DNA from: Octopus sinensis | Lineage: Eukaryota | DNA: 64,000 bases | Direction: 5' to 3' | NCBI RefSeq assembly: GCF_006345805.1 | Contig: NC_042998.1 | Location: 66,216,001 to 66,280,000 of the forward strand | Shown here: one piece after another, positions 23,370-36,952 of the stretch | Position numbering within the stretch: position 1 is the stretch's first letter | How the letters are laid out: each line of letters starts with the position of its first letter | Translations under genes and position numbers: made by a program | The notes under the pieces: model-generated | What the model was told of the DNA's origin: nothing | Database searches by the model: none | Seen by the model: only the letters and a program-made list of their open reading frames with translations

Positions 23370-24260
23370 ATATGTATATATATATATGCATATATATATA
23401 TATATGTATGTATATATATGTATATATATATATATATGTATATATATATTATATATATATATATATGCATATATATATATATAAATATATGTGTGTGTAT
23501 ATATATGTATATATGTGAATGTGTGTGTATTTGCGTGGGTGTGTTTGTGTGTGTGCGTGCGTTTGTGTGTGTGTGTCTGTGTATTTTGTATATCTTCTAT
23601 TTAATTATGAACTAGAAGTGCATCTCAACGATATAACTCAAGGCGTGTTCAGGAGACGAAGATGACGTTTGCGAAATTAAATAAAAGAAGATGCTCCCTA
23701 ATAGACCGGTATGCCGTTCTCTCTATGAAATTGTCTAAAGAATACAGTATTTGTTCCAAATGGTGGAATTTGTAATTGAGGTTGATAAATATGATTCACT
23801 AATTTCCATAATCTAATGATGCATTCGCCTCAAGGATCTGTTGAATGGATGATATTCATGGTCGTTATCGCATTATTCATGAAAATGTATGCACTGAGAG
23901 ATACGTCTGGAAAGAAAGTGACTGGTGGACAACATATGCTTACAAACACATACACACATATATAGATATACATACATAGAAACATACATATATACATACG
24001 TAACACATATACATATGACATACATAAGTAATTAGAGACATACACACACATATATATATATATATATATAAATGTATATATATTATTTACCTGTATATAT
24101 AAATATATATATATGGTGGGATGTATACGTAGATATCTATATTTCTATACATACTCAAGCAAGTGTGAAAACAAACAATGAAGCACACACAAACACATGT
24201 ATGTGTGTGCGTGTATATAAAGAGGAGATTGATATACAGATAAACAGAAAAAAAGAAAGC

Positions 24261-24296
<36 letters not shown>

Positions 24297-24602
24297 ATGA
24301 AAGAAAGAAAGAAAATAATGCTGCTATATAGATATTAGCGAAACACGTAATTGCAAACGAGAAGAGAAATATGGAAATATTGAGAAATTATAGAAGAGTA
24401 TGCAATAAGATCTATCTGGCCGTTTATGCTCCCATTCTTTGGAGTCTTTGTGCCACACGGTCGGGTTTTACTGAAACGCTTCCTATGTAACAATGTTCTC
24501 TAGACGTTGACGTCGTCACTATTTCAGTTTATAGTTCCATATGCTGTTTACACAAGAAAACCATATTCCCTTTAGAGTATGTAATTACTTATACCAGTAT
24601 AT

Positions 24603-24850
24603 AGGCGCAGGCTCGGCTGTGTGGTAAGAATCTTGCATCCCGACAGCATACTTACGGGTTCATAAGAGACATACAGAAATAAATAAATAGAGAGAGAAAG
24701 ATGGGGGATACGATAGGCTTCATTCTGTTTCCATCAACTAAATCCACTCAAAAGACTTTGATCAGCCTGAAGCTAAGGTAGAATTTACTTACCCAAGCTG
24801 TCACGTATAATGAGTGAATCCGGAACCTTGTGGTTGTGAAGCAAGCTTCC
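24603..24850. mobile_element. Two tRNA-SINE pieces in opposite orientation (43532 family)
   Basis: Head GGCTGTGTGGTAAG at 24616 (+) and a reverse-oriented body at 24710-24850. Confidence 0.6.
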
Positions 24851-25039
24851 ATTGGAAATGCATAAATCTTTTGTACAATGGTGTATAATACTTTTACTAT
24901 TCTGATTCTTATATATTCTTCAGTCTTTTAAAACAAATTTTCTGTGTTGTTTCAACTAATGTTTTTCTGCATATATTCAAGCACGTGTAATCACCACCAT
25001 ACTTTCTACCTTATATATATAAATATATATATATATATA

Positions 25040-25198
25040 TTTGTTTTCTCTCCTTGTTTTTTCTGTGTCCCTTTCTGTAGAAGAGCGTAGGCTTGAAACG
25101 TAAAAGATTTATTCTATTCCTGAGCGTTATACTAATACATCTGTTTGTTTTGTACACCACCTATCTTCGTCTTTTGTTTTTCTTTGTAAACTCTCCCT
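25040..25198 (+). mobile_element. Family A cassette between (TA)n tracts, with hammerhead-like motif at 25071-25106
   Basis: CTTT-CTGTAGA-A-GAGC-GTAG-GCTT-GAAACGTA-AAAG. Stems I, II and the ACGT stem III are intact; core A6 is replaced by T. Confidence 0.75.
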
Positions 25199-25271
<73 letters not shown>

Positions 25272-25303
25272 GTGTGTGTGTGTGTGTGTGTGTGTGTAGT
25301 ATG

Positions 25304-25409
<106 letters not shown>

Positions 25410-26752
25410 CAAGTAATCTTTGCTGGGAAAAAAAAAAGAATGATGAAATACTTTTCGAAATGTCAATAGTCCTTATCAATATCTAATTCATATTCGTTGT
25501 TGTAAACACATTACACAAGGAATTATAACAATGGGGAATTCAGAAGTTGCGATATAACTTAAATAAATAGAAAAATCAAACGTGAAAGAAAAATGAACGT
25601 TTGCAACAAGTGTAATTTTAATATTCCACCGAGTGAGAGGAATACAGAATCACTTTACCATGTTGGTAAAGCGGTTACTTTAATATTTATATGTGCAAAA
25701 TGGGAGAATCTATAATTAGTTTCTGGTGGAACGTTCAGTTAATGTGTTCAAACAACACATTTGAAAGTCTCTTTCGCAAACGTGTTAGGCTAATCAGTCG
25801 ACTGACTCTCGAATTGAGTTAACACTGATATTTGGCAACGGTTAAAAAATTATTGCCTTTCTTCATAGATAAGGAATATTGTCTTCCGTTTCGCACAATG
25901 AACACATCACACGCATAAGTGTGCATACATATACTTGAATGTGCGTGCATTTATATATATATATATTCACACACACACAAATGTCCATATATACACACAT
26001 CTATATATACGTATGTATATTTATATATGTATAAATGTAAATATATATATATATATGTGTGTGTATGTTTATTTGTATATGTATATATATATATATGTGT
26101 GTGTGTATATTTATATGTATGTTTGAGAGTGTATATGCAAGTATCTGTGTGCGTATGATGCGCATGCGCGCGTACAGGAGATTACCCATGAAGCATCGAA
26201 AGCGAAGATAATCGGCTTTGAATGCTTAAAGTGGACGCTTTATCTGCAATTTGACTGTTAGCGACATTTATAAGTTAGCAATTATTTCCAGAGTATGCAC
26301 AACAAAAATATTAAGAGCCACGAAAATTATTCCAATTACACGCACATGCAATCACATTTGCACACGCAGCCGCATAGAAACACAGAAGCAGAGAACATTC
26401 TAGAATACAGTGAATGTAGTAGCACATACTTATGGTGAGAAGTCTCAGAGAAAGAAAGAGGGAAAGGGAAGCCCAAGTGAAAGAGGCTCAAATTTAGACA
26501 GGCATTAGGAGAAATGGAAAAATAGAACGATATAGTAAACACACACACACACACACACACGAATTTACATGTTTGTACATAGCTATATATGCATGTATGT
26601 ATGTTGGTAAATACATTGTTGCTAGTGTATGTCTTCCATCCAGCCTCGGAAATGTATCGAGAAATAATATTTGGAATTGTTTATAGGTTAATATCAATGA
26701 ATAATTTCCATTGTGAAGCGTATGCACATATACCTATGTAAGTATATACATG

Positions 26753-26842
<90 letters not shown>

Positions 26843-26998
26843 TATACATATACATATATATATATATATATAATATATATGTACATATGTGCATTCATAA
26901 ATATACATATATATGTGTATATACATATGTACATATTTGCATGGATATATAAATGTATGTATATATACATATGTATATACATATATGTAAGCATGCAT

Positions 26999-27031
<33 letters not shown>

Positions 27032-27714
27032 GATATATATATATATATGTATATATATATAAACATAGCCATATGAGATATCCAGTTTATGTATGTATGT
27101 ATATATAACACAGTTAACCATACATCTACCATAGCCAGCAAGGGTCTACATCGACTTGAGATGGTATATAATGATAAAGTAATTGGTAATCTTGTGTGAA
27201 CCATATTATCACTTTGAGATAGGACTAACTGCAAACAACAGATCGATCAAATCAAATATAATCTTCAGGATTTGCCAAGTAAATTCAATTATCTGCTTAT
27301 GCTAGGTTATGGTGCATTTTCCAAATAGATAAGTAGTCTGCATCACTGACCAAGCATCAGAGCTTGCTGTGTAGTGAAATAATTATTGTACTGTAAGTTT
27401 TACAAGAAAGAGAGAGGGTGGGAGATGAATCAACATTATAAGGTTGATGCAGTGGTTAGTTGATAATGGTTACAATTATGATATTGATGGTAGGGCCGTT
27501 GACGACGTATTTCAGCAATAAATCTTGAATATTTTGGAACATTTCAAGAACATGAACGACGTGTACAATATCCATTATGGATGAAAGCATGCAATAACAA
27601 CGACATTAAAATGACAGCACCACAACGGCTACTACAATGACTACTAAGACTATTACTACTACTACTACTATTACTAATACTAATACTACTACTACTAATA
27701 CTACTACTACTACT

Positions 27715-27809
<95 letters not shown>

Positions 27810-27812
<3 letters not shown>

Positions 27813-28367
27813 GCCCTGAAGCAGTACAAGACAGTGGCTCTCATGACTCCTGATCTTAACTGATTGGAAGTGTTAGCATGTACATTGTTTTGTCTTGGTG
27901 TAAAAGATGGGCTACAGCAAATATTCTGCTCAATACCACAGATTTGCTTGTCAGTTGTTTGACCTTAACCAGTTGAGCATGTCTCTTAGTGACTGATGAT
28001 ATGTGCATCTCTGATCACAAGCAGGAGTAGTGGAGAAGCATCATAGCCTCATGTTGAGAGAGATTCAGTGGGGTTTGAATAATTCACCTCTGGTAAACTG
28101 GGTGGTTTGTTCAACATCCTTAAACAACCCTTATTCAGGGACTTTTTGAGCGGGATGGGCTACTCGACCAGAAAAAAATTCTAACTGGGCCCCACCTGCA
28201 AGGTCATGCGCTGTTTATCTTGATATGATATCACCATGTCGCGCACATATGGTTGTGATGCATGTGCCCGGTGTACCTTTATCAGACGGGTAGTCATGAT
28301 GGGTATACTGGGCTTCGTATATTTTACCACAGTGTCACTTTGATGGCATGCACTGCTCTCTCACTCA
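27810..28367 (+). mobile_element. About 560-bp non-coding interspersed element embedded in (AAT)n/(ACT)n; strand assumed
   Basis: Flanked by (AAT)n on both sides. A second, truncated copy lies at 28532-28922. Confidence 0.75.
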
Positions 28368-28369
28368 AC

Positions 28370-28441
<72 letters not shown>

Positions 28442-28531
28442 TATAATAATAATAATAATAATAACGATTTCATTTATTTGCCACAAGGGCGAAGAATAAG
28501 AGGCATAGTACAGAAACAGACATAACCACTA

Positions 28532-28922
28532 ATTTGCTTGTCAGCTGTTTGACCTTATCCAGTTGAGCATGTCTGTTGTTGGCTGACGACATGTGCATCT
28601 CTGATCACGAGCAGAAGTAGTTGGGGGAGCATCATAGCCATGTGTTGAGAGGAATTCTTTGGAATTTGAATAATTCACCTCTGGAAACATGGGCGTTTCG
28701 TTCGACATCCTTAAACAACTCTTATTCAATGACAATTTGAGTAGGATGGGCTCGTCAAGGTGAAAGAAAATTCTAAGTGGGCCGCTCTTGCAAAGTCATG
28801 CACCGTTTATCTTGATATGAGATCACCATGTCGCGCATATGTGGTTCTGATGCATGTGCCTGGTGTACCCTTATTAGATGGGAAGCAATGATGGGCATGC
28901 TAGGCTTCGTACATTTTACACC
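28532..28922 (+). mobile_element. Second partial copy of the 27810 element
   Basis: Colinear with about 27942-28330 (ATTTGCTTGTCAG...GGCTTCGTA.ATTTTAC). Confidence 0.8.
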
Positions 28923-29170
28923 CGACTAGATATCGTGATCAAGGACTTCAACAGAAAAGAATACGGAAAGCTTTCTCACTATAAATATCTGCCAACTGAA
29001 ATTACAAAAGTGTAGAAGCTTAGTAGTATGATAATACCAGTAGTAATTGGTCCGTTGGGAATGATAAAGAAGGGAGCTGAAAAATATATTAAGCAATTCC
29101 TTGGTAACTCCAATCTCCGTGAACTACAATCTTGGTGAACTATATAATACGGAAAGCAATCTCCATTTAA
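28923..29170 (+). pseudogene. Restriction-like endonuclease (RLE) C-terminus of an R2-group (R4/NeSL/HERO-like) non-LTR element
   Basis: RLDIVIKD...KLSHYKYL..EI...IIPVVIGPLGMIKKG..KY......NL.ELQ. Confidence 0.75.
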
Positions 29171-32022
29171 AATTCAATAACTGTACTTGACTGAGCTTTT
29201 ATTTTATTGATACTGTATGGGCAAGCGGTAAGTCTTGAACACTTCCGATCTAATCACCTTGCTGCCTTAATAAAATCTCAGACTTCAAAATTTTTCAACA
29301 GAGTCAACAACATGTCTTATTACACAACAGCCACTTGACAAATGAATTATAGATGCATTCTTCTTGGAAAATATATATCGAGAGATACACTTATTATAAG
29401 CTCAGCACCATGTTCATTTATGAGGTGTAAAATTTGAGATTTCCGCAAGATTTGTAGTCACATATTATTTCTCTTAATGGAGGAACAAAACGTCGAATTC
29501 TTCCTCTTGATGCCAACACCAACCTCAACAGGAAAACAGGAAAAAATACATGTTCATATAGATATATACACACAGATGCACATCTTGTGAAAGTCCCTTT
29601 CTATAAAATGTTTCCAGCAGAATATATTATGTACTCAATACATCATTTACAATAACCAATCGGTAAAGCACCTCCCGTCATACACGTCATATTTTCTATC
29701 AAACGAGAGAACACAGCACAAATAATTCAATCTATATAACCACCAAATAGTAAAATAACACAATATATACTCTAGCATAATCGATGTCAGAGATTATTGC
29801 ATTTACAGTTCACAGAGTTAACACATGAACGTTAAACTTTAACACAATACAAACACATTATATAATTATTCCCAATGATCATCTGGCATTGATTTCCCTA
29901 TCAACAATAACATGCGCACATGAAAGCCAAACATCTTTGAATACAATAACGGGTCTCATATTGCACATAAACTGCGACTATATTCTATGATTGTTTCTCG
30001 TGTTCTGGTAGTTCACCGTCTGTCGTACCGTTATTGTGCAATGTTATTGCTTTCTTAATTCCAATCATTTTCCTGTCATAATTTAAAACTTCATCACTTA
30101 TATGTTCCCGTTCCTCCATCGTGCATTATGCCATTAACGTCACTCCAAATTTCAGTGAAAGTTGCTTCAATATAGTTCATTGGTTTTCGCAACTAAGATG
30201 AGGTCTCTTTGGCAATAAATACTAGGATCTGTGGCCTTTTTTGTGCAAAACATTCAGGGACAAAAGTGTTTGCTTTTGTCATATGCTGCTTCTATGCAGG
30301 CACTTTTCATCTACAATTTCCATAAAGAGAACTCATTGATATTTGCTGTGGCGAAAGAATTTACTAGAACATTTCATATTAATACTGTCCGTCGAAAAAT
30401 CAATTTTCAATAAAGACCTACATTCCATGCTGAACAATGCTTTAGGTCATGTCATTTTATAATTATCCTGTATGTGGTTGATTTTATTTACGTTACTTTG
30501 ATTTCTCGGATAAACAGTTCTCATATCAATTGTGGAGGTAATTGCATATACATAATGGAAAACACAATTTGCCTCTTTCCCTTCCGCTTGCACACTTTTG
30601 CTTTAGTAGATCTCCAAGTTACCCGAACGTAGTTTGTATGTGAATGCATTTTTAAATAGATGTTATTCCATGAGTTTCACCGTTGTGTAATCCATTGTCT
30701 TGAAGATCGATATACAATCAGAGTCGACCGGCAGAGATGAGATTTACAATACCAAAACAAAAGATTTCTAAATAGGAGCAGTAATTTTAAGGAAATGTCA
30801 TTAGTTGAGATCATCGATTCCAGTTCTTTAATTGTCCTTTCTGTTATCGAGCACGGGAAGGGCGTAAGGCAAGCTTGACATTGGCGGGATTAGAATTCAC
30901 AAAACAAATAGCCAGAAGGTAAGCCTGTAACCATTTTTGTGCAACTCTCAATCGATTCTGCAAGAATGATTGCTTCTGCTTTTGACACAAGGCCAGCAGT
31001 AATGAGGGTAGATGTTTATATAAACCACTAAGGCAATTACACGTCCAATTATTTATTTGATCGAATAAGGAGGAAGGAAATACAATATTACCGTCGGTCG
31101 GTTTTTAACTCACAAAGTATACAACCAAATCAGATACCCCAATGCAATTTGTCCGACGCATTAAACTCCACTCTCATATATATGATGAATATGATGATCA
31201 GGAGGAGGAACAGTAGCAGGAGCACGACGAGGAAGAAGATGAGAAAAGAAATAAATACAACCTTAATAAAAAAAAATTATAACTTAAACAAAAATTTATT
31301 ATGCGATATATATTTTTAACTCTTTCTATTATATAATTCTGTCAATGCTTACTTAAGCAATCATAAAAAATAACTTGTTCCGAAAAGTATTGTTGAAGTG
31401 AACATTATATTACTAACATCTCACTCTAAACAAAATGAAAGTCATTTTCGCCCCAGGTCACGTAGAGACAGTATTTAGATGACAATTTCTATAGACAAAT
31501 TACCATAATTAGTAAGATAAATACTCCTGAATCTCGTGTTTGTCATCTTACTCACAACTTACTACTATCATCTTAAGACATACATCTTGTCTCATACCAG
31601 GTTTTCAGCTTAGGTAAGTAATGTTCTTTATACGAGACATTTCATTGTAAAAGACTCATACTACTATATTACTGGGTCAAATATACAGACTTGGTTCTGA
31701 ACAGAAGCGATTGAACACTATTTATCATTAGAACATCAACTAATATCAACTTGACAAGTCTGCTGAGTTTAATGGTACAAGTAGACCATTTATTCCTATA
31801 CAAAAACTAATCTTTAAATATATATAAGGTTAATACAATAGATTAAATGATAATATGTATCTAGTGAGATGAAATCGATTATTGGTTTGTGTAATTTCAC
31901 TTCTTGGTCGCCATTAATACGCTTTCTAAAACATGACTTCATCATATTGTTTACTTTTACGTTTTCATAAAGTATTATACCTAGCGTTTCATCAAATATA
32001 TATTTCTTTTGCAAAAGTGGTA

Positions 32023-32073
<51 letters not shown>

Positions 32074-32150
32074 TATATATATACCTATATAATATAGATA
32101 TATACATATATACATATATGTACATATCTTTATTTATATATATATGTATT

Positions 32151-32185
<35 letters not shown>

Positions 32186-32742
32186 ATATCTCTGACAGAA
32201 GAAGCGTTTCAGGAAATCATTTCCGCAGTGACTTATTTTGAAAGAGTTGATAACTAGACTACATAAAAGCTATACACTTCCCTATTATTATACGATTATT
32301 ATTTAGAAGATTTCTTTCTTTTCATCTTTATTGTATCAAACGTAATTATTGGAACATTACTGTGCCGTCATTTAAACAAAGAATAGACGCAATTACCTGA
32401 CTAAATCAAAACCCACTTGTTTCCTTTCATCAGCTTTTATATTACTTAAATGTTCACACCCATGTAATATATGATTATGTAGGTTAAGAAAAAGACGGAA
32501 AATGAAAGCCAGGCTAAGGAAAAACTAGCGGTCATGTGTGTTGGCAAAAATCATGTAACAAAGTTTACACATTAGAAAAAGGCTGGAAGATAACGAAGTC
32601 GTGGGTTCTATCTTTTGGAATAATATCCTTCGTTGAAGAGATGATATATTATTGATGAATGTGGAGCGACAGATCATGTAAATTTGCGGAATGCTTTATC
32701 AATATATGAGAACTTGTAATTCCATGTACACGTGTGCCTGCT

Positions 32743-32776
<34 letters not shown>

Positions 32777-32841
32777 TATATATATATATAATATTATATA
32801 TATATATATATATATATTATATATTATATATATTATATATA

Positions 32842-32888
<47 letters not shown>

Positions 32889-33273
32889 ATATATGTGTGG
32901 TGTGTGTGTGTGTGTGTAGCTTGCTTACGAATCACTTAAATCCAAACTTACAGGAAAAATTAGATTTAGGATTAAATCCAATTTTATAGTATAAATATAT
33001 TATATTATATCATTAAATTATAGGTATAACCACTATTAGGCAAATCAAATTACTTTCTTACGATTTAGAGATTTTTAATAAATATGCTCCTTATTACAAT
33101 GAGGCCCTGAGAGAGGCAGTTTATAATAGTAATATTAATTTTTTTTATTAAAAAATAAAGATAAAAGTATTAATAATAGAGATAAAAATATTAATAATAA
33201 TTATAATAATTTTGTTAGTAATATTGGTAATAATCTTAGAAATTTAAAAAATAAAAGTAATATAAATAAAAAT

Positions 33274-34152
33274 ATGAATAAAAATAAAAATAAAAATAAT
33301 AACTTTAATAATTCTTTAAATGTTAATTATCAATTTAAATCTAATAATAATAATAATAATATGATAAAGAAATATAATAATAATAATGGTAACAATAATA
33401 ATGATAGTTTTAAGAAGAAGAAGAAGAAAAATAAGAATAAAATGTGCTTAATATTTCCTTATGGTGCTCAAGTTAAAACGAACATTATTAAAGAGATTTT
33501 AGATATTATTGAACTATTTATTCGAGATAATCGTAAAAATAAAAACATTTTCTCTAGTAATAATTTTGGAGTAGGTTATTCTACCACTAATAGTGTAGGT
33601 AACATTATTTCTTCTTTTAACAAATTTAAACTGAATATTTTTTATAAAAATAAATTATATAATAATACCAATAATAAAAAAGATAAGACACTAATTAACT
33701 GTACATGTAGAGATAAAACTAAATGCAAAATAAATAATAAATGTGATATTAACGATGTAGTGTATAAATGTATAGTTACATTACATAATGATAATAATAA
33801 AAATAATAATAACTCAAACGCGATATATATAGGGTCCACTTCCTCTAAAATAAAATTAAGAATCGCACAGCATATGCATTCATTTAAAAATAAAAACTTA
33901 ATTAAATCCATTGGACTTAGCAAGTACATTTGGGGACTTAAATCCCAAAATATTAATTATGTTTTATCATGCGAAATAATTAGTAAGGCTAAATCATATA
34001 TTATAGGAGGGAACTTTTGTTATTTATGTTCAAATGAGTTTAAGGAAATTTTATTTTATCAGCATGATAATTTAGTGAATACCTGGGATGAGCGCAAAAT
34101 AAAATGCAGACAGAAGTTACTTTACTTATATAATAAATTTCTTGATAAATAA
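33274..34152 (+). CDS. PLE C-terminal region: Asn-rich linker plus GIY-YIG endonuclease; RT absent
   Basis: CTCRDKTKCKINNKC (CxCx5Cx5C), VVYKC...IYIGST...KLRIAQH..SF...LSKYIW.LK...CYLC..E. Frame open from 33139 and frameshifted relative to the upstream thumb peptide. Confidence 0.85.
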   Translation: MNKNKNKNNNFNNSLNVNYQFKSNNNNNNMIKKYNNNNGNNNNDSFKKKKKKNKNKMCLIFPYGAQVKTNIIKEILDIIELFIRDNRKNKNIFSSNNFGVGYSTTNSVGNIISSFNKFKLNIFYKNKLYNNTNNKKDKTLINCTCRDKTKCKINNKCDINDVVYKCIVTLHNDNNKNNNNSNAIYIGSTSSKIKLRIAQHMHSFKNKNLIKSIGLSKYIWGLKSQNINYVLSCEIISKAKSYIIGGNFCYLCSNEFKEILFYQHDNLVNTWDERKIKCRQKLLYLYNKFLDK

Positions 34153-34969
34153 TGAATATTTCTTAGCCTTAATTAGCTCCTTAATTGTTGTTTTATGTAA
34201 TTGTATTCTAAATATAGCAGGTGATTTGTAGTACTTATTATATTAGTTTATTTTAGTTATTTAGGTTCTGTTTTTAATTATAGTTAGATTATGTATAGTT
34301 GTTTATTTTATTACTAAATATTTTATTACTAAATATTTAATGGTTTATTGAATATAGAGTTTGATAAGTTACAAGTTTATTTATCTTATAATAAAGTTAA
34401 GTTTATATATTTTGTTAAATTTCTGTTATAATTTTGTTAAATTATAATTTTGTTATATTAATATATTTGTATGTAATCTCTTTATATTTGAAATAGATTT
34501 ATTTAGTTGTTTATTTAATCTATTTTATCTAATATAGAAATATAGATTAGTAAGATTGAATATTTAGCTTAAACTTAATGTTTACCTCTATTTTTGTATT
34601 GTAGTATGAATATAGCCATTTATATACGTATTTATTATATGATATGTGTTTGTGTGTGTATGTATATATGTGTATATGTTGTTGTGCGTGTATATATATA
34701 TATATATACATTTATTTATGTGTGTGTGTGGGTGTATATAGGTGTATGTCTATTTATTGAGTATTGTATGTATGTACATGTATGTATGTGTGTGCATATG
34801 TGTATGTGTGTATGTGTGTGTATATATGTGTGTATGTATGTATATGTATGTATATGTGTATGTATGTGTATATATATATATATATATATACATTTATATA
34901 TATATATATTTATATATATATATATATATATATGTATATGTATATGTATGTATATTTATATATTATATG

Positions 34970-35003
<34 letters not shown>

Positions 35004-35047
35004 ATAATATATATATATATATCTATATATATATATATATATATATA

Positions 35048-35109
<62 letters not shown>

Positions 35110-36509
35110 TATACGTATGTATAGTTATACTGCAAATTTTGATAAGTATTTTAGAGATTTTGGTTATGATCACTAATTTTAGCTTATAATTATAAGAGCA
35201 TTGGGAAAGACTTTAGTACGATGAGGGGTTACTATAAAAATTTTTTTATATATTTATCAATCATATAAGATTTTTAGAATATATTTAATAATTAGTGGTT
35301 TTTAATCATTTAAATTATTTAATTTATTTTGTATTAAGTATTATTTATCATAGTTATTTTATTAATAAATCTTATAGTATAGAGTGATTTTATTCTTTAT
35401 TTGTGACTTCATTCTATTTACACTGATAAACCATTAATGTTCCCATTCACAATCTTCATTGGTAAAGCATATTTGTTCCTCACGCTTAATGAATTCTTCA
35501 ACAATTTATTCTTTTTTTGCTAATAACGTAATTCCACGAGTATTCGTATAAACGCTGTAAAGACGTTTTCTGAGTCAAAATTTTAGTTCATTACAAAACT
35601 CGCTAAGATAAGTATTTACTTATATTTAAGATCTTTAAATTGTAAATTTTTATATTTTATAAGTCTTTGGTTTAATAATATTTTCTTTATGTAAATATTG
35701 TTGTTTATGTAATGATCTAATTATCGTAATTTTCTATATTATTAGATATTAAATTTTAGTTTATTCGTAAGATATTACTTAGCGATAGATTTGTTATTTT
35801 ATAGCAAGTTAGGCTTTTGTATATACATGTATTAATAGTATTAAGTGTAGTTTTAAATTTCTTATAATTAAAATAAGATAAACTGTGGTAAACTTAGATA
35901 TGTTTCGACTAAAGATTGGTCCAGGCCATGTCTAACTTAATAGCATAACTTAGTTATTGTATTTTTAAATTGATATTCGCCAGTTATTCCCATTGATAAT
36001 TATATTTATAGTATTTATAGTATTTATTCGTTACTATATAACTACGAATTGATTATTTCTATAAGTATTTTAAATAAGATTTCCGAAAGTTCGTTTTAGT
36101 TTGTTTGTTTGTATTTTTGAAATTAGCTATTTCATCTTTAAATATGAAATAATAATTTATTAGGTCTTTATTATATGTTCATATATATTTATTTATATTA
36201 TTTTAGATCTTAATTATAATATTTATATACATTTTATATTTTCATTGATAATTTATATATAATAGTAATTTTTTTTTATATTTATGTAATTAGATATAGA
36301 CTACTACCGATATTAGATTATTGGTGGGTTTCTTACCTTATAAATTAAAATTAATATTTAACATTATAATAGATTTTGATATAATCATAATTGTTAACTT
36401 TTAAGTTCCTAGTTTGATAATAGAGTTTATTATAAGTAAAATTATTATATTATTTATATCTTAAAAATATTGTTTAAATATTTCTGATTATTTTAAAAAT
36501 ATTTCAGTT

Positions 36510-36604
36510 AACCTGAAGATTGACTGTAACCATAACACGAATTATCAATTGAATTTAAATTATTGTTATTCGAATTGGTACAGCCATGAAACGATCGTAG
36601 TGTT
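36510..36604 (+). ncRNA. Type I hammerhead motif with long stem II at the PLE 3' end
   Basis: CTGAAGA-T-TGACTGTAACCA...TGGTACAGCCA-T-GAA-ACGATCGT-A. Stem III is palindromic with a GUA triplet; stem I is weak. Confidence 0.7.
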
Positions 36605-36952
36605 TTACTCTTTATCTTTTATTAAACTTTTAATACTTTTGATATTTATAAAAAAAATAAATAAATAAATAAATAAAGTAATTAATTTATTAATTAATTA
36701 ATAAAATAATATATAAATATAAAAATATACATACATATAAATATATATATTTGTATATATATATATAAAATTTATAAGTTTAAATTATCTAAAAAATTTT
36801 ATATTTTTAAATTTTATATTCTAAAATTAATTTTATGTATTGGCTTATGTTTTTCACTGTTTGATTTGCCTAATAGTGGTTTTATCTCTAATTTAATATT
36901 ATATATATATATATATACATATTTATGTATGTATATATGTATGTATAAACTA

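Larger units (their letters stand above)
33010..36900 (+). mobile_element. 5'-truncated Penelope-like element, best fitting the Hydra clade, with long AT-rich 3' region and inverted terminal duplication
   Basis: Thumb-region peptide LLSYDLEIFNKYAPYYNEALREAVY from 33050, a GIY-YIG ORF and an HHR near 36510. 33010-33049 is the reverse complement of 36861-36900. The 3' end abuts (TA)n. Confidence 0.8.

Noticed and set aside
29400-30750. Higher-complexity stretch as a possible host exon or pseudogene
   Set aside because: The frames examined contain frequent stops, with no recognisable domain or splice pattern. BLASTX would be needed.
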